From contig JABSQY010000009.1 of the NCBI GenBank assembly GCA_013215525.1, positions 1-42,883 of the forward strand: DNA of 42,883 nt, given 5' to 3'. Each line of letters begins with the position of its first letter. Within the stretch, counting starts at the first letter, position 1. The notes beneath the pieces were generated by a model. That model was not told the origin of the DNA. It did no database searches and worked only from the letters and a program-made list of their open reading frames with translations. Positions 17,308 to 26,238 of the stretch are shown piece after piece. Position numbers and translations under genes: made by a program. The stretch comes from Nanoarchaeales archaeon. Lineage in GTDB: Archaea > Nanobdellota > Nanobdellia > Woesearchaeales > UBA583.

Positions 17308-17782
17308 CTTTTGGAACTTTGATTAAACATTCAATATTTCCATAAAATGATTTATTATTAAATTCATATTTCCAAACTTGTCTAACTAATCCTTTTTCAT
17401 TATGTTCCCAAATAGTACAATTGGCATCTAATTGAATTGGTGAATCATCAAGTATAATTATTTTATCATTATTTTGAGTAAATTTTTTTTGTAACATTTC
17501 TCCAAATTCAGATTTTGATTTATCAAAGTATAAACATGGAAATGGAATTAAAGAATTACATAATGCTAAATATGATGTAATTAATGTTAGATGTGGAGCA
17601 GCTGGATTTTGAACAATAAATTTAGTAGAAATACTTTTATCTTTAAAATTTGGTTGATACTTAAGTATCTTAACTTCTTCTTCTTTAAATCCTTTAGTTA
17701 AATATGGTGATTGTAAACTATCATCTAATGTATTCTGTTCTGTCATAAGTTCTGTCATAATAATATAACTCCAAGAATACAT
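17288..17782 (-). CDS. Hypothetical protein, overlaps the TauD-like gene start by 20 nt
   Basis: Clean ORF that overlaps the start of the co-directional downstream gene. The start is uncertain (ATG 17782 or 17758). No motif recognised. Confidence 0.5.
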   Translation of the reverse strand: MYSWSYIIMTELMTEQNTLDDSLQSPYLTKGFKEEEVKILKYQPNFKDKSISTKFIVQNPAAPHLTLITSYLALCNSLIPFPCLYFDKSKSEFGEMLQKKFTQNNDKIIILDDSPIQLDANCTIWEHNEKGLVRQVWKYEFNNKSFYGNIECLIKVPKGVRCEN

Positions 17783-17821
17783 ATAAATAGATGTAATAAT
17801 AAATTTACACCAACAAAAAAG

Positions 17822-17829
17822 TATTTAAA
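17822..17829 (+). promoter_or_regulatory. TATA box TATTTAAA for the TrmB-like gene
   Basis: Ends 22 nt before ATG 17851. Confidence 0.55.
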
Positions 17830-17850
17830 CAAGTAAAAACTAGTTATATT

Positions 17851-18609
17851 ATGACTGATATTATAAATTATGATTTGATTAATGAAATTTTAACAAAAAT
17901 TGATTTTGATAAAAAAGAGATATCAATTTATCTATCATCTTTAGAATTAGGAGAAGCGCCTGCCTCAACAATTGCAAAAAAAGCAAATATACAACGAGAA
18001 TTAACTTATGTTGTATTAAAAAGGCTTGAGCAAAAAGGTGTTGCATCACATACAACTAAAGATTATAAAAAATATTATTGTGTTGTAAATCCAGAAGAAT
18101 TAGTTAAACAATTAGAGGAGAAAATATATTTGTTAAAAAAAGTAATTCCAGATTTAAACGAAATAAAACAAAAAGTTTCAGTTAAAAAACCATCAAGTAA
18201 ATCTTTTCAGGGAGTTGAAGGAATAAAATCAATATTAAATCTAATCTTAAACTATTATGAAAAAAATCCAAATGAAAAAGAGATATTAGGATTTGGACCA
18301 TCAGGATATTTTGAGGAATTATTAAAATACTCATTACCTCATTTTATTAATAGAAGAAAAGAATTAAAAGTAAACTTTAAAGCTGTATATGATGAATCAA
18401 AAAAAGCAATTGAAAAAAAAAAGTTACCCTATTCAGAAATAAGATTTTCCAACCAAGTTGATTCGCCAAGTTTTACACTTATATTTCCAAATCATGTTGT
18501 AACAATTATGTTTAATGAAGAACCATTAGCACTTTTAGTTGAATCAAAAGAAATTTATCAAAGTTATCTTAAACATTTTGATGTGTTATGGAAAAATTCT
18601 AAAAAATAA
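17851..18609 (+). CDS. TrmB-family (winged-helix) transcriptional regulator
   Basis: N-terminal EISIYLSSLELGEAPASTIAKKANIQRELTYVVLKRLEQKGV is typical of the TrmB wHTH. Length and C-terminal domain are consistent with TrmB-like regulators. Confidence 0.7.
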   Translation: MTDIINYDLINEILTKIDFDKKEISIYLSSLELGEAPASTIAKKANIQRELTYVVLKRLEQKGVASHTTKDYKKYYCVVNPEELVKQLEEKIYLLKKVIPDLNEIKQKVSVKKPSSKSFQGVEGIKSILNLILNYYEKNPNEKEILGFGPSGYFEELLKYSLPHFINRRKELKVNFKAVYDESKKAIEKKKLPYSEIRFSNQVDSPSFTLIFPNHVVTIMFNEEPLALLVESKEIYQSYLKHFDVLWKNSKK

Positions 18610-18664
18610 GAATTATCAAAATAACAAATTTTTTTAAAATTCATAAAACTATTAATTCTTAACC

Positions 18665-18672
18665 TTTATAAA
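18665..18672 (+). promoter_or_regulatory. TATA box (AACCTTTATAAA) for taw1
   Basis: Ends 22 nt before ATG 18694. Confidence 0.6.
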
Positions 18673-18693
18673 CTAATTTTAATTAATTATATT

Positions 18694-19758
18694 ATGAAAA
18701 GTCAATTAGACGATAAATCCAAAGAAACTTTAACAAAACAAGGTTATTCTGTAATAGGTGACCATTCTGTTGTTAAAGTATGTGGATGGACTAAAAATAC
18801 TCTTAAAGGAAAAGGAGGATGTTATAAATTAAAATTCTATGGTATTAAATCACACAAATGTATGCAGATGTCAACTTCTGTATCTTGTGCTAATAGATGT
18901 AGTTTTTGTTGGAGAGATTACAAATCACCAGTATCCAAAGATTGGGATTGGGGAGTGGACGACCCTACCTTTATTTTAGATGAATCTTTAAAGGCTCACC
19001 ACAAACAGCTTGTAGGATTCAAAGGTCGTGATGCAACACCAAAAAAACTATACGAACAATCAACAGATGTGGCGCACGTTGCACTTTCCTTAACTGGGGA
19101 ACCAATCGCATATCCAAGAATGAATGAGATGGTCGAAGACTTTCATAGTAGAAACATTTCAACATTCATTGTAACAAACGCGCAATTCCCAGATTGTATT
19201 AGAACATTATATCCAATCACTCAATTATATGCTAGTATGGATGGACCAAATCCAAAAACTTTAAAGGAATTAGATGTTCCATTATTTAAAAATTACTGGG
19301 AAAGATTTATTCAAAGTTTAGATTATCTAGCAATGAGAAATGATAGAACAGCAATAAGGATTACATGTGTAAAAGGAATTAATATGATAGACCCACAAGG
19401 ATACGCTAAATTAATTCAAAGAGCAGATGCAGACTTAGTAGAAGTTAAATCATATATGTTCGTAGGAGCAAGTCAAGATAGACTAAAATTTGAAAATATG
19501 CCAAAATGTGAAGAAATAAAAGTATTTACACATCAAATCTTAGAATATTTACCAGAATATGAATATATCTCACATCACGACTCAAGTAGAGTATCTCTAT
19601 TTGCTAAAAAGACTTTTGAAAAACAAACTTGGATAGACTATCCAAAGTTTATGTTGGATTTTCCAAAACAATTAGAAGATTTTAAAAAGATTGATTTTAA
19701 ATCTGTGGAATTTAAACATAGGGACGACCCAGTGGAAGATAGAAGTTATTTAGTTTAA
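18694..19758 (+). CDS. taw1: tRNA 4-demethylwyosine synthase (Taw1/TYW1), radical SAM
   Basis: HSVVKVCGWTKNTLKGKGGCYKLKFYGIKSHKCMQMSTSVSCANRCSFCWR closely follows the TYW1 N-terminal Cys cluster and the CxxxCxxC radical-SAM motif. Confidence 0.85.
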   Translation: MKSQLDDKSKETLTKQGYSVIGDHSVVKVCGWTKNTLKGKGGCYKLKFYGIKSHKCMQMSTSVSCANRCSFCWRDYKSPVSKDWDWGVDDPTFILDESLKAHHKQLVGFKGRDATPKKLYEQSTDVAHVALSLTGEPIAYPRMNEMVEDFHSRNISTFIVTNAQFPDCIRTLYPITQLYASMDGPNPKTLKELDVPLFKNYWERFIQSLDYLAMRNDRTAIRITCVKGINMIDPQGYAKLIQRADADLVEVKSYMFVGASQDRLKFENMPKCEEIKVFTHQILEYLPEYEYISHHDSSRVSLFAKKTFEKQTWIDYPKFMLDFPKQLEDFKKIDFKSVEFKHRDDPVEDRSYLV

Positions 19759-20020
19759 CTTTATCTATTTCATTTTTCTATTATTTGTTAATAAATAAGC
19801 AATTTTTTCATTTAATAAATTAATATATTTGTTTAATTCATTAATGTTGTATGATTATTTTCACCTTCATATTTATCCAAATAGCCGCTATTGTGGATAA
19901 TAATATGCCTTGATGTCATCATTTTATTAAAAAATAATTTTTCTTTTTTATTTTCAATATATATTGATATATTTTTTGATAGTTATAATTTATAAATGAC
20001 AAAATTATAATATATTTATA

Positions 20021-20899
20021 ATGAATGAGTTAGAAATTAAATTATTTAAACCGATGGATGAATCAAAAAGAATTCTACTAGATTCAATGGGTTTAGAAAA
20101 TATTTATTATTATACTCTTTACGTACAACCAATTGTGAGTTTACAATATGATTCTCTAATTAAAAAATTTGAGTTTTTATTCAGGGCTTTTGACAAGTTT
20201 GATAAAGTAATTTCTCCACTTGAAATATTTTCAGAAAAAAGAACTCATGAAGATTTAAAAAAATTAGATTTACTTGTATTTGAAAATGCAATGAGTTTAT
20301 TATCTATCAACAAGGATTCCTTATGTGATGCTTATATGGCATCTATTAATGTTTCAGAAGCATCTATTGAGGATTCAAGTGAATATCTTGATAATATTGA
20401 ACAAATTAGAATTGATTATGGTATAGAACCAAAAAATATTTGTTTAGAATTAACTGAAAAAGCATATGATGGGATTGGCGAGTTTACAAATAAATCTTTA
20501 CTTTTAAAGTATTTTTTAGCTGTTGATGATTTTGGGTCTAAACATAGTGCAACTGGATTAGTGTTACATGGTTTATTAAATTCAATTCCAGAAGGTATGG
20601 CTGATCATATAATTGTAAAATTAGATATGTTTTATGTAAAAAATTTAGATAATTCTACAGTAATTTATAGTGATATTATTCGTGGAGTTTATCATACATT
20701 TCTTGGTTTTAAAAAATATAAGGGATTAAAATTAGTTGCAGAGGGTGCTAGAGATTTAGAGTCAACAATGGGACTTAAATCTAATCGTGTTGATTTCGTC
20801 CAATCATTTTTCACAGGGGAACCGATGGAATTTAATGAAAATTATAAACAACCGATTTATTCAAAAAAAGTACCACAATTATCTTTTGATTTTGAATAA
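20021..20899 (+). CDS. Stand-alone EAL-domain protein (putative cyclic-di-GMP phosphodiesterase-like)
   Basis: The ordered EAL motifs are present: YVQPIVSL...FEFLFR (EAL position reads EFL), SINVS, LELTE, VDDFGSKHS, VKLD, VAEGARD, VQSFF.GEP. TATA TTTATAAA at 19989..19996 lies 25 nt before the ATG. Confidence 0.7.
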   Translation: MNELEIKLFKPMDESKRILLDSMGLENIYYYTLYVQPIVSLQYDSLIKKFEFLFRAFDKFDKVISPLEIFSEKRTHEDLKKLDLLVFENAMSLLSINKDSLCDAYMASINVSEASIEDSSEYLDNIEQIRIDYGIEPKNICLELTEKAYDGIGEFTNKSLLLKYFLAVDDFGSKHSATGLVLHGLLNSIPEGMADHIIVKLDMFYVKNLDNSTVIYSDIIRGVYHTFLGFKKYKGLKLVAEGARDLESTMGLKSNRVDFVQSFFTGEPMEFNENYKQPIYSKKVPQLSFDFE

Positions 20900-20992
20900 T
20901 AATTTACACACCTTTGATATTTTAATTCCTTTATTTGTTTCTTCATTTAAAATTTCATGTTTTGATGCTAAATACAAATTTGTATCTTTATC

Positions 20993-21411
20993 TTACAAAT
21001 TTAAATAAATTAGATAGTCTAATTCAGGAATAAATTTAGCATTAAATATTTCAAAATATCTTCTAGTTAAAACTCCTTCTTGTCCAGGTCTATCAGTTAC
21101 TGCATAACTAATCTGGGTGTCAATTTTTGTAATTACTACATTTTTTCTAACTAATCTAGAAAAAATTTTTTCTTCTTTAACAAATTCTTCTTCTAATTCT
21201 CTGAACGGGTCAATATCTCTATCAATTTTTTTTAAGAACCACTCTCTAAAAGAATCGATATTATCAAAATTTGTGGTAAATCTTAAATCATCTCCATTTT
21301 CATATTTTAAAACAATTGTGTCTAAAAACTTTTTCGCATTTGAATTAAATTCTAAACCTCCTCCAAATGGCGTATATACAATATTACCTTTTTCTTTTCT
21401 TATTTAAACAT
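20993..21411 (-). pseudogene. 136-codon ORF lacking any ATG/GTG/TTG; probable start-proximal frameshift of an unknown-function gene
   Basis: The minus-strand frame is open from 21403 to TAA at 20993 (IRKEKGNIVYTPFGGGLEF ... FIPELDYLIYLNL), so it is missed by the ORF track. An ATG at 21411 is preceded by TAAATATA 24 nt upstream. It reads ATG TTT AAA TAA, one base out of frame. The plus-strand ORFs here (21117..21407 and others) are shadows. Confidence 0.5.
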
Positions 21412-21572
21412 AATAAATATTTATCATCTAACATTATATTTACAAGTCCAGCACAACTTATCCTAATACTATTCATTAATATTTCATATTATCATTATTT
21501 ATATATTTTTGTATTTATTGAGATTTATACTAGTTTATCACATTTTAAACTTTTTTTAAATAACTCCTAACC

Positions 21573-21580
21573 TTTATAAA
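21573..21580 (+). promoter_or_regulatory. TATA box (AACCTTTATAAA) for aRF1
   Basis: Ends 22 nt before ATG 21602. Confidence 0.6.
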
Positions 21581-21601
21581 CAAATAAAAATTAATTTTAC
21601 T

Positions 21602-22702
21602 ATGGTAAGTCTAACAGAGAAAATTAAATTAAAAAAATTTATTAATAATCTTAAAGCAACAAGGGGGAGACACACTGAACTAATTTCAGTATATTTACCT
21701 CCTGGATCAGATTTAACTAAAATGATTCAAACACTTCAAGACGAACAAGGAACAGCAACTAATATTAAAGATAAAAATACTGGTAAATCTGTACAACAAG
21801 CACTTGAAAGAATGATTAGAACAATGAGAGTAATTGATACAACTCCTACAAACGGATTAGCTATTTTCTCTGGAAATGTGTCACAAAAGGACAATGTTCA
21901 AGATTTCCAAGTATTTTGGATTGAACCACCTGAACCAGTTCCTTTAAAGTTATATAGATGTGAACAAAGGTTTGTAACATCTCATCTTGAAACAATGAAT
22001 GCAAATGAATCAACATACGCTTTAATTGCAATCGATAAAGGAGAAGCAACAGTAGGATTACTAGTAGGATCATCTTTAAAAGTAGTTAAAAATATGAATT
22101 CAACAGTTCCTGGTAAATTTAAAGCGGGAGGACAATCTGCACAAAGATTTGCAAGAATCCGTGAAGGTGCAGCAATTGAGTTCTATAAACGTGTAGCTGA
22201 TGTATGTATTCAAGAATTTACTTTTATGAAAGAACTAAAAGGAATCATCATTGGTGGACCTGGAACTACTAAAGTAAACTTTGCTGATGGAAATTATCTA
22301 AATCAACAAATGAAAGATAAAATTTTAGGAATTAAAGATATTACATACACAAACGCATTTGGATTAAAAGAATTATTAGATGTGTCCGCAGATTTACTTG
22401 CTGATACTGAAGTGATGATGGAAAGAAAAGCGTTACAAAAATTCTTCGATACTTTAGGAAAGAATACAAACATGGTAGTTTATGGTATGAAAAACACAAT
22501 CGCTGCATTAAAAATTGGAGCAATTGAAGATTTGATTGTAATTGATGGTTGTTGTACTGATGCAGAATTAGACACATTATGTGCATTGCAAGAAGAAACA
22601 AGAGCGCACCTAAAATTACTAACTGACAAAACTCCAGAAGGAGTTCAAATGAAAGGACTTACTGGAATTGGTGGAATTTTACGTTATCCAATCGAAAACT
22701 AG
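21602..22702 (+). CDS. prf1: Archaeal peptide chain release factor aRF1
   Basis: GGQ motif (KFKAGGQSAQRFARIRE), YxCxxxF motif (LYRCEQRFV), and a NIKS-region reading TATNIKDK. C-terminal ILRYP. Stop is TAG. Confidence 0.9.
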   Translation: MVSLTEKIKLKKFINNLKATRGRHTELISVYLPPGSDLTKMIQTLQDEQGTATNIKDKNTGKSVQQALERMIRTMRVIDTTPTNGLAIFSGNVSQKDNVQDFQVFWIEPPEPVPLKLYRCEQRFVTSHLETMNANESTYALIAIDKGEATVGLLVGSSLKVVKNMNSTVPGKFKAGGQSAQRFARIREGAAIEFYKRVADVCIQEFTFMKELKGIIIGGPGTTKVNFADGNYLNQQMKDKILGIKDITYTNAFGLKELLDVSADLLADTEVMMERKALQKFFDTLGKNTNMVVYGMKNTIAALKIGAIEDLIVIDGCCTDAELDTLCALQEETRAHLKLLTDKTPEGVQMKGLTGIGGILRYPIEN

Positions 22703-22755
22703 TTTTCGAAGGGATTTAATTATAAATTATTATTAATAATTTTCAATTCATTCTT

Positions 22756-23853
22756 TTAATTTTTATTTTCTTCAATATATCTTTTTGTATATCTTATACA
22801 TTCTTCGTCTTCATAACCAGTTATAAGTTTTAAATATCTAACATAAACTGAACTGATATATTCAACATTACTTATTCCTGTAATTTCTAATATTCTTCCA
22901 TAAATAAAATAATTTTCAGCATCAGTAGGATTAAACTCAATTATTTTTTTAATATTTGGTATAGCTTTTTCATAATTATCTAGGACCTTTATCACAAAAA
23001 AATTATAATTATTATAAAAATCATATCCATTAGGATTTAATTTAATTGATTCTTTAAAATTTTGCTCTGCCTTCTCATTTTCTCTAAATATTTTAAATAA
23101 AATAATTCCGTAATTGTTATAAAATATTGAAAAAATCATATTTTCATCACAATTTTTTAAATAATAACTTTTTTCAAGAATTACTGGAATTATATTGAAT
23201 TTTTCCCGATACTCTTCATTTGAGTAAATTAATTTATCAAATCTCCTCTGTCCATACATAGTTTCAAAATTCAAATTCAATTTTTTATTTATATATCTTA
23301 CAAATACGTGACATGGGAGTAGAACTAATGTAAATTGATTTAATCCAAATCCTAACATTTGAAAAATAGATAAAAAGTACATTGAATAATCTCTACAAAC
23401 TCCTACCTTTAAAAATTCCATATTATTGGATAATTTATCTAAATATGTGACGTTTTTATCTTTATAATCTTCTACTAAAATTTCATTATTTTTATTGATT
23501 ATAGGATTTTTGATCATATTTAAGTTAGAAAATTCCTTTAATGTATCACCATCGTTAATTTTAACATATTTATTTAATTGTTTTAATATTTCTTTTAAAA
23601 TTTTAAAAATAATGTCTTTCTCATTCTCAATAGTAATTTGATTTAGTAATTTTAAGTCGTCAATTCGATTTTTAATAATCAAACAAATATGTTTAGTATC
23701 GGCTGCTGACATATTCCACTCTTTTTGTGTCACTTTACAATTTGTTGAATAATTATACATATTAACAAGTTCTAATTCTTTTTCTAAAAATTCAAAAAAA
23801 TAAGTTTGTTCAAATTCTAAAGGAATTAATTTTAAATCAAGTTCTGTACTCAT
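22756..23853 (-). CDS. Transglutaminase-like fold + TPR protein (SirB1/COG2912-like)
   Basis: GVCRDYSMYFLSIFQMLGFG ... LPCHVFVRY ... ET resembles the Cys/His core of the transglutaminase-like superfamily. The C-terminal third has TPR-like repeats (AEQNFKESIKLNPNGYDFY, YEKAIPNIKKIIEFNPTDAENY). Confidence 0.5.
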   Translation of the reverse strand: MSTELDLKLIPLEFEQTYFFEFLEKELELVNMYNYSTNCKVTQKEWNMSAADTKHICLIIKNRIDDLKLLNQITIENEKDIIFKILKEILKQLNKYVKINDGDTLKEFSNLNMIKNPIINKNNEILVEDYKDKNVTYLDKLSNNMEFLKVGVCRDYSMYFLSIFQMLGFGLNQFTLVLLPCHVFVRYINKKLNLNFETMYGQRRFDKLIYSNEEYREKFNIIPVILEKSYYLKNCDENMIFSIFYNNYGIILFKIFRENEKAEQNFKESIKLNPNGYDFYNNYNFFVIKVLDNYEKAIPNIKKIIEFNPTDAENYFIYGRILEITGISNVEYISSVYVRYLKLITGYEDEECIRYTKRYIEENKN

Positions 23854-24110
23854 AATATTTATATTAAATTAATACTTATAAAATTATTGTGTATAACTAA
23901 AAATATAATTATTTAGTTAAAGAAAAATCAGATAAACAAGCGAAGCCAAATTTATATTATTTCAAACTTCTTTTTCAGTTTTTTTCAAGAATGAATGATT
24001 TTCGTATGTCGATTATAGTATATATATCTCGATATACTAAAATTGTTTATTATTGGTAAAATCTGGAAAATCGTGAAAGCAAGATAAAAAATAATAAAAT
24101 AATATATAAT

Positions 24111-24701
24111 CTAAAGAACTAAAAATAATACAACTTGAAACAATCCAACAACAAACCCAATAACTGCTCCAAGATATTCAATATGTGTAAACTCTTTTTT
24201 TGCAACCTTTAAAATGATTTTCTCAACATTTCTAGTATCATAACTTAAAATCTTCTTCTCAACAATTTGTTTAATATCAAAGTTCTCCTCCATATGTCCA
24301 ACAAGTTCATCACCAATCTTTAAAATAATATCATCTGCTTCTTTTTCTAAAACATTTTTAATAATTGGTTCTGCAATCATCTTCATCATAACTGGAACAT
24401 TATCTAAAATCTTTGTAGAAATAATTGGAATTACTCTTTTCTTTATTTTTTCAATATTTTCAGGTTCACTAAATGCTGCACCAATATCTTTGTGAGAAAT
24501 AAAATATTCATCAACAACTTCAGCAATTTTTCTTGCTAAAATATTTTTTCTTTTTGGAATCACTCCAACAAACTTAAAACCTAAAACATTAATAAGTTTA
24601 TAAGGTCTAAACAGTGAACGAATTGCAACCCAATTTGTAAACCATCCAAGACCAGCAGACACAACTGGAATCATACTTAAAATAATAATTTCTTTACTCA
24701 T
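24111..24701 (-). CDS. DUF445-family membrane protein
   Basis: GWFTNWVAIRSLFRPYK...GVIPKRKNILARKIAEVV fits the DUF445 signature, and there is a C-terminal TM helix. I place the start at ATG 24701 (MSKEII), 23 nt after a minus-strand TTTAATAA. The ORF-track start at 24764 is a TTG inside the neighbouring promoter. Confidence 0.6.
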   Translation of the reverse strand: MSKEIIILSMIPVVSAGLGWFTNWVAIRSLFRPYKLINVLGFKFVGVIPKRKNILARKIAEVVDEYFISHKDIGAAFSEPENIEKIKKRVIPIISTKILDNVPVMMKMIAEPIIKNVLEKEADDIILKIGDELVGHMEENFDIKQIVEKKILSYDTRNVEKIILKVAKKEFTHIEYLGAVIGFVVGLFQVVLFLVL

Positions 24702-24767
24702 AAATATTAAATAATCTTTGAGATTATTAAACTTTGTGTTCTTTACCTTTTTTAAGTAAAACAAATC

Positions 24768-24775
24768 TTTAAATA
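24768..24775 (+). promoter_or_regulatory. TATA box TTTAAATA for the secreted-protein cluster
   Basis: Ends 22 nt before ATG 24797. Confidence 0.55.
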
Positions 24776-24796
24776 CGTTTTTTTTAAGTTTTCATT

Positions 24797-25651
24797 ATGA
24801 TTAAAAAAATTTCTCAATTATTGTTTGTATCTTTATTATTAGTAGCAAGTGGATATTCAGAATCAAACGGTGTTTGGCATGATGCTAAAGACGTGCGAGC
24901 TGGAGTTTTCGGGTCAGATGAAGTTACATCTGGATTTATATTTGAAAATCAATTAACAATTAATTCTTTTTCAAATTTAGTAAATTCTCAATTAAACTTT
25001 AAATCTTTAAACGTAAACTATTGGAGTATTGGAAAAACTGCAACTTCAAATGATTTTATAATAAATAAAGAAGGTTCAACAAACACTTTCACAATTCTAT
25101 CAAACGAAAACATAGGAATTGGAACAAATGCGCCAACAGAAAAACTACATGTAATTGGAAACACAATTTTATTAGAAACAAATACTGATTCAAGTTCATT
25201 TTTAAAACTAAATTCAGGAGCAACAACGTCACAATCATCAGGAATTGAATTACTTGATAGAGGAATTTCAATGTGGACTATTGGAAAAGATTCTTCTAAT
25301 ACATTTAGAATCGATGATAGTTTAGGAAATAATAAATTTTCAATTAATAATTTAGGTAATACTGGATTTGGAATTTTAAACCCTACTGAAAAATTAGACG
25401 TACTAGGAAATATTAAATCTACTGGAACGATTTCATCAGTAACATTAAACACAAACACAATCACATCAGCTAATCCTTTTATTACAATTTCAAAACCAAT
25501 TAATACAAATACAATCTCAAACACTGGAAACATTAATACTGATTCAGTATCAACTACTTCAATTACAACAAATGCAATCACAACAAATGAGATTACAACT
25601 AATATAATTAAATCAAATATTGGACAAAATGTAATTATTCAATTAGGATAA
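24797..25651 (+). CDS. Secreted fibre-like repeat protein
   Basis: Signal peptide LLFVSLLLVASG. The motif NIGIGTNAPTEKLHVIGN recurs as NTGFGILNPTEKLDVLGN; I recall this motif type from phage tail-fibre-like and surface fibre proteins. The C-terminus is T/N/I-rich repeats (TNAITTNEITTNII). Confidence 0.55.
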   Translation: MIKKISQLLFVSLLLVASGYSESNGVWHDAKDVRAGVFGSDEVTSGFIFENQLTINSFSNLVNSQLNFKSLNVNYWSIGKTATSNDFIINKEGSTNTFTILSNENIGIGTNAPTEKLHVIGNTILLETNTDSSSFLKLNSGATTSQSSGIELLDRGISMWTIGKDSSNTFRIDDSLGNNKFSINNLGNTGFGILNPTEKLDVLGNIKSTGTISSVTLNTNTITSANPFITISKPINTNTISNTGNINTDSVSTTSITTNAITTNEITTNIIKSNIGQNVIIQLG

Positions 25652-25712
25652 TTAATTATTTTAATAATCATTAAATAAATAAATCATTAAATAAATCAAT
25701 AAATAAATCAAA

Positions 25713-26237
25713 ATGGAAAATTCAAAAACAGAAAATAATAATTTTGTAGTACTAGGAATAATTTTATTAGTGTTAGTTATATTTTTATTTGTATCTCAAA
25801 CTTCAATATTTAAATTTTCACAAGATGAGACGAACTTATATTCAAGTTCAAAAATTGAAAAAGTTACAGAAAAAATAATTATAAATCCTTGTGAAGGATT
25901 AAGTGGTGAATCTTTAAACTTTTGTGAATTAAAAAATCAAAAATGTGAAACTGATACTTGTTACTTTCAAAAAGCTCAAATTAACAAAGATGAATCAATT
26001 TGTTTTGAAATCAAAGATGAAAATTTACGTGTTGGATGTTCAGTTGTACAAACTGAAACAAAAGTTTTTGTAAATTCAGTTAAAAATAATGACATAACTA
26101 TCTGTAATTCTTTAACAAATAATAGAGTAGATGATTGTCGTGATAATTATTATTTATCACAAAAGTATAACTATGGAAATACTAGTTTATGTAATAGTAT
26201 TAAAAATCAAGAATTATTAACAAGGTGTTTAGAATAA
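25713..26237 (+). CDS. Cys-rich membrane-anchored protein
   Basis: N-terminal TM helix (FVVLGIILLVLVIFLFV) followed by a Cys-rich ectodomain with reiterated C-x-x-I/L-x-(D/N)-x-x-x-x-x-C spacing. The stop is 1 nt before the next ATG. Confidence 0.6.
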   Translation: MENSKTENNNFVVLGIILLVLVIFLFVSQTSIFKFSQDETNLYSSSKIEKVTEKIIINPCEGLSGESLNFCELKNQKCETDTCYFQKAQINKDESICFEIKDENLRVGCSVVQTETKVFVNSVKNNDITICNSLTNNRVDDCRDNYYLSQKYNYGNTSLCNSIKNQELLTRCLE

Positions 26238-26238
26238 A

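Noticed and set aside
19833-19922. 29-codon minus-strand ORF (MMTSRHIIIHNSGYLDKYEGENNHTTLMN) in the 262-nt spacer upstream of the EAL gene. The same strand starts with a C-box-like ATGATGA
   Set aside because: It is too short, has no recognisable family, and has no convincing TATA at the usual distance. No D box (CTGA) follows within sRNA range, so neither a gene nor a C/D sRNA can be supported.
20787-21570. Plus-strand ORFs 20787..21008, 21117..21407, 21367..21570
   Set aside because: Their low-complexity products look like hydrophobic AT-rich noise. The opposite strand carries a 136-codon open frame with sensible composition, reported here as the frameshifted gene.
25018-25581. 187-aa antisense ORF (and 25089..25271) within the fibre-like protein gene
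   Set aside because: The plus-strand gene has a signal peptide, a canonical promoter and internal motif repeats. The antisense ORF has none of these.
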